Source: a bacterium (GTDB lineage: Bacteria; UBA8248). From it: DNA of 64,000 bases. A program made the translations under genes and the position numbers. The stretch lies in contig OZ242260.1 in assembly GCA_965207065.1 (NCBI GenBank), positions 2,368,001 to 2,432,000 of the forward strand, in the 5' to 3' direction. The notes beneath the pieces were generated by a model. It saw only the letters and a list, made by a program, of their open reading frames with translations. It was not told where the DNA came from and did no database searches. This document shows positions 12,016 to 20,498 of the stretch, piece after piece; position 1 is the first letter of the stretch, and each line of letters begins with the position of its first letter.

Positions 12016-12765
12016 ATGGAGCTAATCCGAGGGTGGGAATCGCAATATGCCCCGGAGAAGACTGGGCGGATTCGTCTTTCCAAAGCGACGTTTTACCGTG
12101 ATATCGATACGCCCGTTTCCGGTATCCGTGACGAGAAGGAGGGGGAGACCAGAGTAGGCATGGAAGGGAGAGTAACGAGGGAGGGAGAGGGCAACCTGTT
12201 TGGCTTACCGGAAATGACCTTTACAATCGTGGAAGATGGTGAGGAGACTGTCGCCCATTTGAAAGAAGGAAGCAAAACGGCAACCTACAGGCAGGAGTTG
12301 CGGACGGAGATTCATCCGGTCCCGTACGTGTTCTGCACATCGAGAAAACCGGAATCTACAGACGAAGAAAGAAGGCTGAAAGAGGCTTTTTCCAATAAGT
12401 ATGATGCATGGTACGTCATCAAGGACGCGGACGCTCTCGGAAGGGAGTTGGAGAAGGCCATCAATGGCTGGCTGTTTGATCAGCAAGTGACGGAACGTGG
12501 ATTGACCAAGCGTTACGGCTGGGTGAGCTACTATGAGGGAGAGAATCCAAAGATTGTTGCAGACATGACTGATGAGGAATGGGGAAGCAAAGTTACAGGT
12601 TATCTTGCCTCGATGGAGGCATGGTTCAAAAAGAGAAAAAAATACGAAGCAGAAGCAGAATACAGGTACGCCTACGTCATAGAAAGCCCACAGTTGAGTA
12701 CGCTCCCGGATCACATCTTTCTGGACCTCACCATGTCCGCCATCAAGCTGTTTGAGAAGATTTAG
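12016..12765 (+). CDS. Hypothetical protein (possible R-S-E-type ADP-ribosyltransferase fold / DUF2971-like)
   Basis: SD GGAG then ATG; lower GC than flanks; LIRG, YVFCTS and FKKRKKYEAEAEYR motifs; the function is inference only. Confidence 0.6.
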   Translation: MELIRGWESQYAPEKTGRIRLSKATFYRDIDTPVSGIRDEKEGETRVGMEGRVTREGEGNLFGLPEMTFTIVEDGEETVAHLKEGSKTATYRQELRTEIHPVPYVFCTSRKPESTDEERRLKEAFSNKYDAWYVIKDADALGRELEKAINGWLFDQQVTERGLTKRYGWVSYYEGENPKIVADMTDEEWGSKVTGYLASMEAWFKKRKKYEAEAEYRYAYVIESPQLSTLPDHIFLDLTMSAIKLFEKI

Positions 12766-12800
12766 AATGCCCTTGGCAGCCCCTTAGATTCGGCCTTATA

Positions 12801-13128
12801 GGGGTTGTTGAAAAACCCCCCTCGATGCGGGAAAACCACCGTCATTCCGGCGAAAGCCGGAATCCATTTATGATTTTTACTTTCGTTTTCGCATTTGATT
12901 CCGACTTGCGGGAGGTCAAACGCGACCGATGAGGGAGCGTATGCCGCGCCTGAATCCGGAACGGATGAGGCGGATATATGTGACGGCGGCCCTATCTTCC
13001 TCGCCGGTAGCGAGAACGTCCGGGCGAAAGGCCAAAGACAAAGGTGAAAATGGATTCCGGCTTTCGCCGGAATGACGAGCAAAGGCGGAGGTCAATCTCA
13101 AGCGAAGCGAGGCTTTTTCAACAGCCCC
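12801..13128. mobile_element. MITE-like non-autonomous element with 15-bp terminal inverted repeats and an internal inverted palindrome pair
   Basis: GGGGTTGTTGAAAAA...TTTTTCAACAGCCCC (1 mismatch); internal GTCATTCCGGCGAAAGCCGGAATCCA (12841-12866) and its exact reverse complement (13051-13076). Confidence 0.7.
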
Positions 13129-13194
13129 GTATAGGGCGTTATTCTACAACCTAAATGAGGGAGGGGTTGCTGTTTTACAGGGCTGTCGGTCTTC

Positions 13195-13909
13195 CGTAGG
13201 GGCGGACCCCTGTGTCCGCCCGCGCCTGGAGAAAGCAAGAACGCATTCCCGCTCGAAACCCCGCCCGTCGCTTGACAGCCCGTAAGCCTCGAAAGCAATA
13301 TCCAGACACTGCGATACAAAACGCCACAGACCCTGAACGATGTGGGTCCACGAGGTTGTATCCCGGCGAGGGGGATGCGACATGCCGTGTGGACCTGTGA
13401 CCCGATATATAACCCGCACCTGCGAGCGTCTGTCCGCGGGTTATCCTCAAGCCACGTTCCATCCTCGTTATAAAAACAATTCCGCCGTGCGGGTGGGGTC
13501 CATTTTATCCGGCAAGGGCGGCAAAATGTCTCGCTTCAAAGACTCGACGGCGTAGCCAGGCATGACCAACTGGAAAAACCGCACGATGTGGACGGGGGAC
13601 AACCTCGACATCATGCGCGGCATGAACTCCGAGAGCGTCGACCTCATCTATTTGGACCCTCCCTTTAATAGCAAGCACAACTACGCTGCGCCGATAGGAA
13701 GCGAGGCCGCGGGAGCGGAGTTCAAGGATACTTGGACGCTCAGCGATATTGCGGTGGAATGGCACGGCCTCATCGCGGACGAGAACCCCGAACTCTACAA
13801 GGTCATCGACGCCACCATGACGAATTCGGACCGCGCATACATCATCTACATGGCGATCCGTCTTCTTGAAATGAGGCGCATCTTGAAATCCACGGGGTCG
13901 ATATATCTC
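13195..13909 (+). repeat. Copy 1 of a ~715-bp direct repeat (REP + promoter + structured leader + MTase 5' end)
   Basis: 13195-13333 is identical to 15390-15528; homology continues with divergence to 13909/16100. Confidence 0.92.
13272..13301 (+). promoter_or_regulatory. Putative sigma70 promoter in the duplicated module (second copy 15467-15496)
   Basis: TTGACA-18 bp-CAATAT, identical in both copies. Confidence 0.45.
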
Positions 13910-14773
13910 CATTGCGACCCCACGATGAGCCATTATCTGAAACTAGTCATGGATTCGATATTCGGGAGAAAGAATTTTAGAAATGAAATCGTGTGGAGCT
14001 ATCAAAGGTGGACAGGTGCAACACGACATTTTCAACGAATGCACGATATTGTGCTTATGTTCGCGCGCTCAAATGAATCGACATTCAATCAGCTTCTTGA
14101 ACCACATAGTCAGAAAGGACTATTTCGTCACAAGGGGAAAAATAGGACAACGCGCATTACGCAAGAAGGTTCACTTAGCCAAACGTATGTGGACAATAGT
14201 GGATTAAAGGCTATGCGTGATGTATGGGAAATCTCATTCTTGAACGCAAACGCGAAAGAGCGTGTTGGCTACCCCACACAGAAACCCTTGGCCCTGTTGG
14301 ATCGCATCATCAATGCCTCATCGAATCCCGAAGATGTAATTCTCGATCCATTCTGCGGATGTGCCACGGCTTGCATTGCGGCGGAAAAAAACGTGCGCGA
14401 ATGGGTGGGGATCGACATATCACCCAAGGCGGTGGACTTGGTGAAATCAAGAATGGTGAATGAGCTCGGCATGTTCGGCCAGGTGATTCACCGGACGGAC
14501 ATTCCCAGGCGAACCGACATCGTGGACTTCCCCGTCTACAAGACCCACAAGCATACGCTCTACGGGCTGCAGGAAGGCCGATGCAATGGATGCAAGGTTC
14601 ACTTCCCGTTCCGAAACTTCACGATTGACCATATCGTGCCGCAATCAAGAGGTGGGCAAGACCACATAGAGAACCTGCAACTACTCTGCGGCGCGTGCAA
14701 CTCCATGAAGGGTGCTGGAACCATGGCGGAACTGCTCGCCAAACTGAAAGAACAGAATATGCTGGCCGGATAA
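13562..14773 (+). CDS. Beta-class amino (N6A/N4C) DNA methyltransferase fused to a C-terminal HNH endonuclease
   Basis: DLIYLDPPF (motif IV), YPTQKP, DPFCGCATA (motif I); CNGC...TIDHIVPQSRGGQDHIENLQLLCGACNSMK HNH with two CxxC. Confidence 0.9.
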   Translation: MTNWKNRTMWTGDNLDIMRGMNSESVDLIYLDPPFNSKHNYAAPIGSEAAGAEFKDTWTLSDIAVEWHGLIADENPELYKVIDATMTNSDRAYIIYMAIRLLEMRRILKSTGSIYLHCDPTMSHYLKLVMDSIFGRKNFRNEIVWSYQRWTGATRHFQRMHDIVLMFARSNESTFNQLLEPHSQKGLFRHKGKNRTTRITQEGSLSQTYVDNSGLKAMRDVWEISFLNANAKERVGYPTQKPLALLDRIINASSNPEDVILDPFCGCATACIAAEKNVREWVGIDISPKAVDLVKSRMVNELGMFGQVIHRTDIPRRTDIVDFPVYKTHKHTLYGLQEGRCNGCKVHFPFRNFTIDHIVPQSRGGQDHIENLQLLCGACNSMKGAGTMAELLAKLKEQNMLAG

Positions 14774-14836
14774 CGGCATATTCGATGCACTGCCCGTTAT
14801 CAGCAAAGAGGCTAAGCCCAAGCAGGAGGATATGGG

Positions 14837-15199
14837 ATGACTATGTTTCAAAGGGCATCACAGGTTTATTGGTTGCTTACAGGTGCGGCTAAAGATAGAA
14901 AGACCTATACCTATTTCAACATCGAGGGATTCACCGGGATGGATAGAAGGGGAATTGGACAACCCCTTGGTCCAATCACCGTGTATTGCATGGTCAACGA
15001 TCTTCCCCTTTTAACGGTTCTCGCCGTCAATGCAAAAACAGGCGCTCCTTGGGGGCACTATTACGACGATATCGAAGATATCAATTCTTACCGAGAGCAG
15101 GTTTTCAATTTCGATTGGTTCAAGATTCCCCCGCCACAAACCGACGACTTCGAGGCCGTGTACAAGAGCCACTCTCATTTGCTTGAGGAGCAGGCATGA
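14837..15199 (+). CDS. Small hypothetical protein, predicted winged-helix-like
   Basis: SD AGGAGG; KTYTY...GIGQPLG..YC..NDLPLLTVLAVNAKTGAP pattern. Confidence 0.6.
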   Translation: MTMFQRASQVYWLLTGAAKDRKTYTYFNIEGFTGMDRRGIGQPLGPITVYCMVNDLPLLTVLAVNAKTGAPWGHYYDDIEDINSYREQVFNFDWFKIPPPQTDDFEAVYKSHSHLLEEQA

Positions 15200-15225
15200 C
15201 AGTGGAGAGGTGAATAGTTCCCCAC

Positions 15226-15339
15226 CTATCCACCTCTCAGATACACGCGCAAATTACCTAGGCACTCGCCCCAGCCTCCCTAGTGCTCATCGCGCATGTT
15301 CTCATGCGGGAATCCCTAGTGGGTGAGGACGACCGCGCT
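15226..15339 (-). pseudogene. Decayed 3' fragment of an SRPBCC/Aha1 gene paralogous to 23289-23732
   Basis: Translates SAVVLTH*GFPHENMRDEH*GGWGECLGNLRVYLRGG* versus TAVVLTHEGFPDENMRDEHQGGWDECLENLSAYLGAG*; two internal TAG. Confidence 0.85.
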
Positions 15340-15389
15340 CGCGGCGACCTTGCCCGCCTGGGCCGAGGAAGGACGAAAGATTGTGCCTT

Positions 15390-16100
15390 CGTAGGGGCGG
15401 ACCCCTGTGTCCGCCCGCGCCTGGAGAAAGCAAGAACGCATTCCCGCTCGAAACCCCGCCCGTCGCTTGACAGCCCGTAAGCCTCGAAAGCAATATCCAG
15501 ACACTGCGATACAAAACGCCACAGACCCGGAACGATGTGGGTCCACGAGATTGTATCCCGATGAGGGGGATGCGGTATGCCGTGTGGACCTGCGATCCGA
15601 TACGAAACCCGCCCGCGCGAGTGGCTGTCCACGGGGTATCCCCGCGTTAAGTTTTTTCCCCATTACGAAAGCGATACCGCCGGGCATACAGCGTCCTTGT
15701 CCTTCGGCGCGGCGAAATGTCGCGCCGCATGGGCTTTGCGGCGTAGCCCGGCATGGCCAACTGGAAGAACCGCACGATGTGGACGGGGGACAACCTCGAC
15801 ATCGTGCGCGGCATGAACTCAGAATCCGTCGACCTCATCTATTTAGACCCTCCCTTCAACAGCAAGCACAACTACGCCGCGCCGGTAGGAAGCGAGGCCG
15901 CAGGCGCCGAGTTCAAGAATACCTGGACGCTGAGCGATATTGCGGTGGAATGGCATGGCCTCATCGCGGACGAGAACCCGGAACTCTACAAGGTTATCGA
16001 CGCCACCATCACGCATTCGGATCGCGCCTGCATCATCTACATGGCGATCCGCCTGCTCGAAATGAGGCGCATCCTGAAATCCACGGAGTCGAAATATCTC
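15390..16100 (+). repeat. Copy 2 of the ~715-bp direct repeat
   Basis: Offset 2195 bp from copy 1; first 139 bp identical. Confidence 0.92.
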
Positions 16101-16130
16101 TATAATTGGAGAAAACCACTTGCGAAATAA
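15753..16130 (+). pseudogene. Truncated DNA methyltransferase (N-terminal ~115 aa only)
   Basis: Near-identical to the 13562 protein up to ILKST(G/E)S(I/K)YL, then stops; lacks the central variable region, motif I and HNH. Confidence 0.85.
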
Positions 16131-17514
16131 AAATCGTTCCACTCAAAAGGCATTCAGCGTTCTTCTCTCGTTCGCTTTGCTATTGCCCGGCTGTGGGGGT
16201 GGAGGCGGTGGTGGAAGCGGGAGTGGACGCGGTCCGGACGTATTCCACAATACGGCACATGTTGTAGCGGGACCGAATCAGACGATCGAAGACGCCAGGC
16301 AAGCACCTGTCATAGACTTTGACGGAACGCTTCATATCGGAGCCGGCGTTGAGCCGGACAGGAATGAACTCGGGACGACGGGTGAACATGGCAATGCAGC
16401 CATATACTCAGGTAATGTGCGAGACGGGGCGGGTCGTGATGCTACTGTTGCTTTCATCAGCCAGTTCTTTACGAACCGTAAGAGGCTTAGATCATTCCTG
16501 GATCAACCCGTTGTTCGGGTCGCCCGGGGGACATCTGACGCGCATACGGAATTGGCAGTCCGCGCCGTCCAGATACTCAATGCCTATCTTCCCCGTGAGA
16601 ACCGGATGATATTCAGCGAAATCCCAGCGACATACGGAGCCGATCTTGTTGATATTCCCGACGGAGAAATTCATATCTATTTCGGTCCATTTGGAGTACA
16701 GACTCCAGCAAACTTTGGGACATATCGAGGTGTATCATCTACCGCTACCGCTGGTGGGGGAATCATTGCGGTAGCTTCGCGCATATGGATAAATACGAAC
16801 CGACAGCACGAATTTACGTATGAGGCCAATATTTCCTCTATGGCCCATGAACTGATGCACTCTCTCGCATTCAGTGGACACCCGGACTCTGCCAGATATC
16901 GTGATTCACTCATGCGCCATAGATCTCCACGTGGTTTCTCGAGACGAATCCTGGGGCCGATAGACCGTGATGCAATTGCTGCGGCTTTCGAGTATCACTA
17001 CACGGCTACGTCGGCGAACGAGCTCGGGCCATGGAGCGATACTTCATTTCACCTACGTGGCGATATGGATGACGTATCATTCGGTATTGCATCTTTTAAC
17101 GGCTTGCTGCAGCCGTGGGCATCCGGTCCGAGACCGGAAACGGATCTGGCGGATAATCAGGCTTTATCGGGAAGCGCAAGCTGGACTGGCAGGCTCCTGG
17201 GGTTCACTACCGAATCGGAATCGCTCGCCGGAGCGGCGGATCTCACCATCAGCCTCGCAACGCTCAGGGGACAGATTGACTTCACCGGCCTCGAGCACTG
17301 GGGCGTGAATGCGACGCCGGGGCCTGTCGGCTCAGGCCAGACCTGGAATGATGGCGACCTGCGCTACAGCGTCATCGTCCGGGGCAATACGTTCACGCAG
17401 ACGGGCGGCGACACGGGCGAGGTTACGGGCGCGTTCTTCGGCCCGAATCACGAAGGGATGGGCGGTGTCGTCGAGAGAAGCGATATGTCCGCCGGGTTCG
17501 GTGGAACGCGATAG
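16120..17514 (+). CDS. Lipoprotein with zinc-metallopeptidase motif and C-terminal TbpB-like beta-barrel
   Basis: Lipobox LPGC followed by poly-Gly; AHELMHSLAFSGH and SLM; C-terminal VTGAFFGPNHEGMGGV...SAGFGGTR. Confidence 0.7.
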   Translation: MRNKNRSTQKAFSVLLSFALLLPGCGGGGGGGSGSGRGPDVFHNTAHVVAGPNQTIEDARQAPVIDFDGTLHIGAGVEPDRNELGTTGEHGNAAIYSGNVRDGAGRDATVAFISQFFTNRKRLRSFLDQPVVRVARGTSDAHTELAVRAVQILNAYLPRENRMIFSEIPATYGADLVDIPDGEIHIYFGPFGVQTPANFGTYRGVSSTATAGGGIIAVASRIWINTNRQHEFTYEANISSMAHELMHSLAFSGHPDSARYRDSLMRHRSPRGFSRRILGPIDRDAIAAAFEYHYTATSANELGPWSDTSFHLRGDMDDVSFGIASFNGLLQPWASGPRPETDLADNQALSGSASWTGRLLGFTTESESLAGAADLTISLATLRGQIDFTGLEHWGVNATPGPVGSGQTWNDGDLRYSVIVRGNTFTQTGGDTGEVTGAFFGPNHEGMGGVVERSDMSAGFGGTR

Positions 17515-17685
17515 AAAAAGAAGGGGAGGCAAGAATGATGGAGTGGTGATGGCGAAATATCGGATTTTGGACCAAGGCATTCCGGGATGATGTTCAACGA
17601 CTACGTTCACCGTAGAGCTGGCCCCCGCCTCCGCTCGTAATATTATGCTGCCACGCCCCCAAACCTACTCACCACCAACGCCCCC

Positions 17686-18522
17686 TCACACCTCGACCTC
17701 CAGCAGGTCGCGTCCCAGAATGATTTCCCCGGCAAAATCCCGCCGGACGTCCTCTTCTATCGCGCGCATGAGGCGCTCGGGTTTTTCGCGGAAATGGGTG
17801 AGGACGAGTTTCTTCACGCCCGCGTCAGCGGCGATCTTTCCCGCCTGCGCCGAGGAGGGGAACAGGTGCCGGGTCAGGCGTTCGGTGTGTGCGTCGGTCA
17901 CCTCCGCCCCGGCCAGATAACAGCACAGCACGAGGGCGTCCGCCCCCCGCGCTAGACGGTCCAGCCCCTCGCAGGGAATCGTATCCCCGCTGATGGCGAC
18001 GATTTTTCCCTCCGCCTCCAGGCGGTAGCCCAGCGTCACCCAGTCGAAATCGGGGATTCCCAGCCCCTGCCCGTGCTCGACGAACTCCGCATACACCTTC
18101 CAGCCCCCGCCCTCACAAACGAGGCCCGCGCCGATCTCGCGCACCTCCACCGGCTTCCACCCCCCTATGGCGGGTTCTCCCTCGGCCCGGAAGCGGATAT
18201 CCTTCGCGTAGACCCTTTCGATCAGGGCTGTGACGACTTCCGCCGTTCCCGCCGGCCCGTATACGCGCAAGGCGCCCGGACGGCCCTGTAGCCAAGTGCT
18301 CAGGATCACGTCGCCCAGGTCGCTGATGTGGTCGTAATGATGATGGGTGATGAAGACCGGATTCACTTCTTTAAGAGGCGCGCCCGCGCGCACGAGCTGG
18401 GTCACCGCCCCGCGGCCGCAGTCGAAGAGCAGCCGCTCCTCACCGGTGTGGACCACGAGGGAAGACCCCAGGCGCGCCGGGTCCGGCCGGGGGCCGCCCG
18501 TGCCGAGCAGGGTGATCTTCAT
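17686..18522 (-). CDS. MBL-fold hydrolase, RNase Z/arylsulfatase-like
   Basis: MKITLLGTGGP, LFDCGRG, THHHYDH, VYGP, ISGDT, LVLTHF; ATGA overlap with tctA. Confidence 0.88.
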   Translation of the reverse strand: MKITLLGTGGPRPDPARLGSSLVVHTGEERLLFDCGRGAVTQLVRAGAPLKEVNPVFITHHHYDHISDLGDVILSTWLQGRPGALRVYGPAGTAEVVTALIERVYAKDIRFRAEGEPAIGGWKPVEVREIGAGLVCEGGGWKVYAEFVEHGQGLGIPDFDWVTLGYRLEAEGKIVAISGDTIPCEGLDRLARGADALVLCCYLAGAEVTDAHTERLTRHLFPSSAQAGKIAADAGVKKLVLTHFREKPERLMRAIEEDVRRDFAGEIILGRDLLEVEV

Positions 18523-20027
18523 TCTTCCTCCTCCGGCGGGAAGTGCGGGGCGCTCCTGCCGCGCGTGAAAAAGGGATAAAGCAGAAGAATCGCCGAGGCG
18601 ATCCACGCGAGCAGGGCGAGGGGGTGCTCGATGAAGGTTTCATAACTCCCGCGCGATATGACGAGCGACTGGCGCACCTTTTCCTCAAAAAGCCTGCCCA
18701 GGACGAACGCGAGCACGAGCGGAGCGCCCGGATAGCTCAGCTTGCGCATCATGTAGCCCAGCAGCCCGAAGACGGCCATGAGCAGGACGTCGGTCGGGTT
18801 GTTGCTCACGCTGTAGGCGCCGATTCCGCAGAACAGGAGAATCATGGGCCAGAGGTAGCGGTAGGGCACGGTGAGCAGGCGCGCCCACATGCCCACCAGC
18901 GGCAGGTTGAGCAGCAGAAGCAGCGCGTTTCCGGTGTACATGCTCGTCACCACCCCCCAGAAGATGGCGGGGTGCTCGGTGATCATGAGGGGGCCGGGCT
19001 GCACGCCGTGGGTGAGAAAGGCCGCCGTCAGAACGGCCACCGCAGCGCTCGGGGCGATGCCCAGCGTGAGGAGGGGTATCATGCTGCCCGCCGTGGCGGA
19101 GTTGTTGGCCGCCTCTGGCCCCGCCACGCCTTCTATCACGCCCGTGCCGAATTTCTCGGGTCTTTTGGAGATGCGCCGCTCGAGAGAGTAGGAGAGAAAA
19201 GGGGGCACGATGGTGCCCATGCCGGGCAGGATCCCCATGAAAAAGCCGACGACGCTGCCTCGCCCGATGGCCGGTGCGGAGTCGCGCCAATCCTGTCGCG
19301 TGGGCCACAACCCCTTGATGCGGCCCTTGAACACTTCCATCTTCTCCTCTTTCTCCAGGTTGATCAGCACCTCCGAAATGCCGAACAGGCCGATTACCAG
19401 GGGCGCGAAGCCCACCCCGTCCATCAGGGTGAAGGTGCCGAAATCATAGCGCGGCGTGGATTCCACCGGGTCCAGGCCGACCGTGGATAGGAGGAACCCG
19501 AGCAGGGCGGACGCCGCGGCGCGCGGGCGCGATCCGCCGCTGAACTGGATTACCAGCAGGAAGCTCAGGCACAGGAGCGCGACCAGTTCCGGCGGGCCGA
19601 TCTTCACCGCCATCTCGGCCAGGGCGGGCGCCATGAGCGTGATGCCCAGAACCCCCAGCGTTCCCGCGATGAACGAGCCCCATGCGCAGATGGCGAGCGC
19701 CGGTCCCGCTCTCCCCTGCCGCGCCATCTGGTAGCCGTCCAGCGTTGTCACGACCGAAGACGCCTCGCCGGGCAGGTTGAGCAGAATCGACGTGGTGGAG
19801 CCGCCGTACATCGCCCCGTAGAACACCCCGGCCATGATGATGATGGCGGCCGTCGGTTCCATCTTGATGGTGATCGGGAGGAGGAGTGACATGGTGGCGA
19901 CCGGGCCGAGTCCCGGCAGTACCCCGATGGCCGTCCCCACGAAAACGCCCATGAAGCAGGCGAGGAGGTTGTACGGGGCGAGGCTCACCGAGAAGCCAAA
20001 ATAGAGGTTTGCGAAAAGATCGCCCAT
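18519..20027 (-). CDS. tctA: Tripartite tricarboxylate transporter permease TctA family
   Basis: IGVLPGLG, YGGSTTSILLNLPGE, EGVAGPEAANN, PLLTLGI. Confidence 0.92.
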   Translation of the reverse strand: MGDLFANLYFGFSVSLAPYNLLACFMGVFVGTAIGVLPGLGPVATMSLLLPITIKMEPTAAIIIMAGVFYGAMYGGSTTSILLNLPGEASSVVTTLDGYQMARQGRAGPALAICAWGSFIAGTLGVLGITLMAPALAEMAVKIGPPELVALLCLSFLLVIQFSGGSRPRAAASALLGFLLSTVGLDPVESTPRYDFGTFTLMDGVGFAPLVIGLFGISEVLINLEKEEKMEVFKGRIKGLWPTRQDWRDSAPAIGRGSVVGFFMGILPGMGTIVPPFLSYSLERRISKRPEKFGTGVIEGVAGPEAANNSATAGSMIPLLTLGIAPSAAVAVLTAAFLTHGVQPGPLMITEHPAIFWGVVTSMYTGNALLLLLNLPLVGMWARLLTVPYRYLWPMILLFCGIGAYSVSNNPTDVLLMAVFGLLGYMMRKLSYPGAPLVLAFVLGRLFEEKVRQSLVISRGSYETFIEHPLALLAWIASAILLLYPFFTRGRSAPHFPPEEEE

Positions 20028-20488
20028 CAGAACCCCAGCAGGCCACGGGGGAAGTGCACGTTCAACAGCTTGACGAAGAGCACGAAGGCAGCCGCCGAAG
20101 CCGCCGCCGAGATCAGGAGGCCCCGGAGGAGGGACTGGCGGTCGATCACGAGCCAGCAGAACGCCATGAAGATGAAAGTCGTGGCGAGGAATCCGGACAC
20201 TTCGAGGAGCAGCCCGAAGATCGCCGTCCCCGCCATGACGGAGAGAACCCGCCGGTATCCGGCGAGCGTGAATACGGCCTCAGGTTCTGTGGACGCCTCA
20301 TCCTCCGGGTTTTGACGGAGGTATCGCGTCATCAGGTAGACCGATGTGGCCGCCAGCCCAAAGCATGTCCAGAACGGGAAGAATCCCGGACCGGGCCGGG
20401 TGATGCTCCCGAGACCCAGCCGATGGGCGAACCAGCCCATCAGCAGCGAAACGGCGAGCAGCGCCGCTGGCGGGGCAATCCTGCGCAC
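20027..20488 (-). CDS. tctB: Tripartite tricarboxylate transporter TctB family
   Basis: PGPGFFP motif, 4 TM, C-terminal FPRG; lies between tctC and tctA. Confidence 0.88.
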   Translation of the reverse strand: MRRIAPPAALLAVSLLMGWFAHRLGLGSITRPGPGFFPFWTCFGLAATSVYLMTRYLRQNPEDEASTEPEAVFTLAGYRRVLSVMAGTAIFGLLLEVSGFLATTFIFMAFCWLVIDRQSLLRGLLISAAASAAAFVLFVKLLNVHFPRGLLGF

Positions 20489-20498
20489 GGGGGCCGCT

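Noticed and set aside
13308-13445. 6S RNA, retron msr/msd or IscB omega-RNA identity for the duplicated hairpin
   Set aside because: No recognisable 6S motifs and too short; no reverse transcriptase or RuvC-containing protein nearby.
12762-13462. Short ORFs such as 12762-13082, 13098-13319 and 15258-15632
   Set aside because: Translations of REP/MITE and duplicated leader sequence (IPAKAGI, GHRGPPLR patterns).
15226-15339. Pyrrolysine read-through of two TAG codons
   Set aside because: The fragment has no start, the stops replace Gln and Glu by single changes, and an intact paralog exists; it is a pseudogene.
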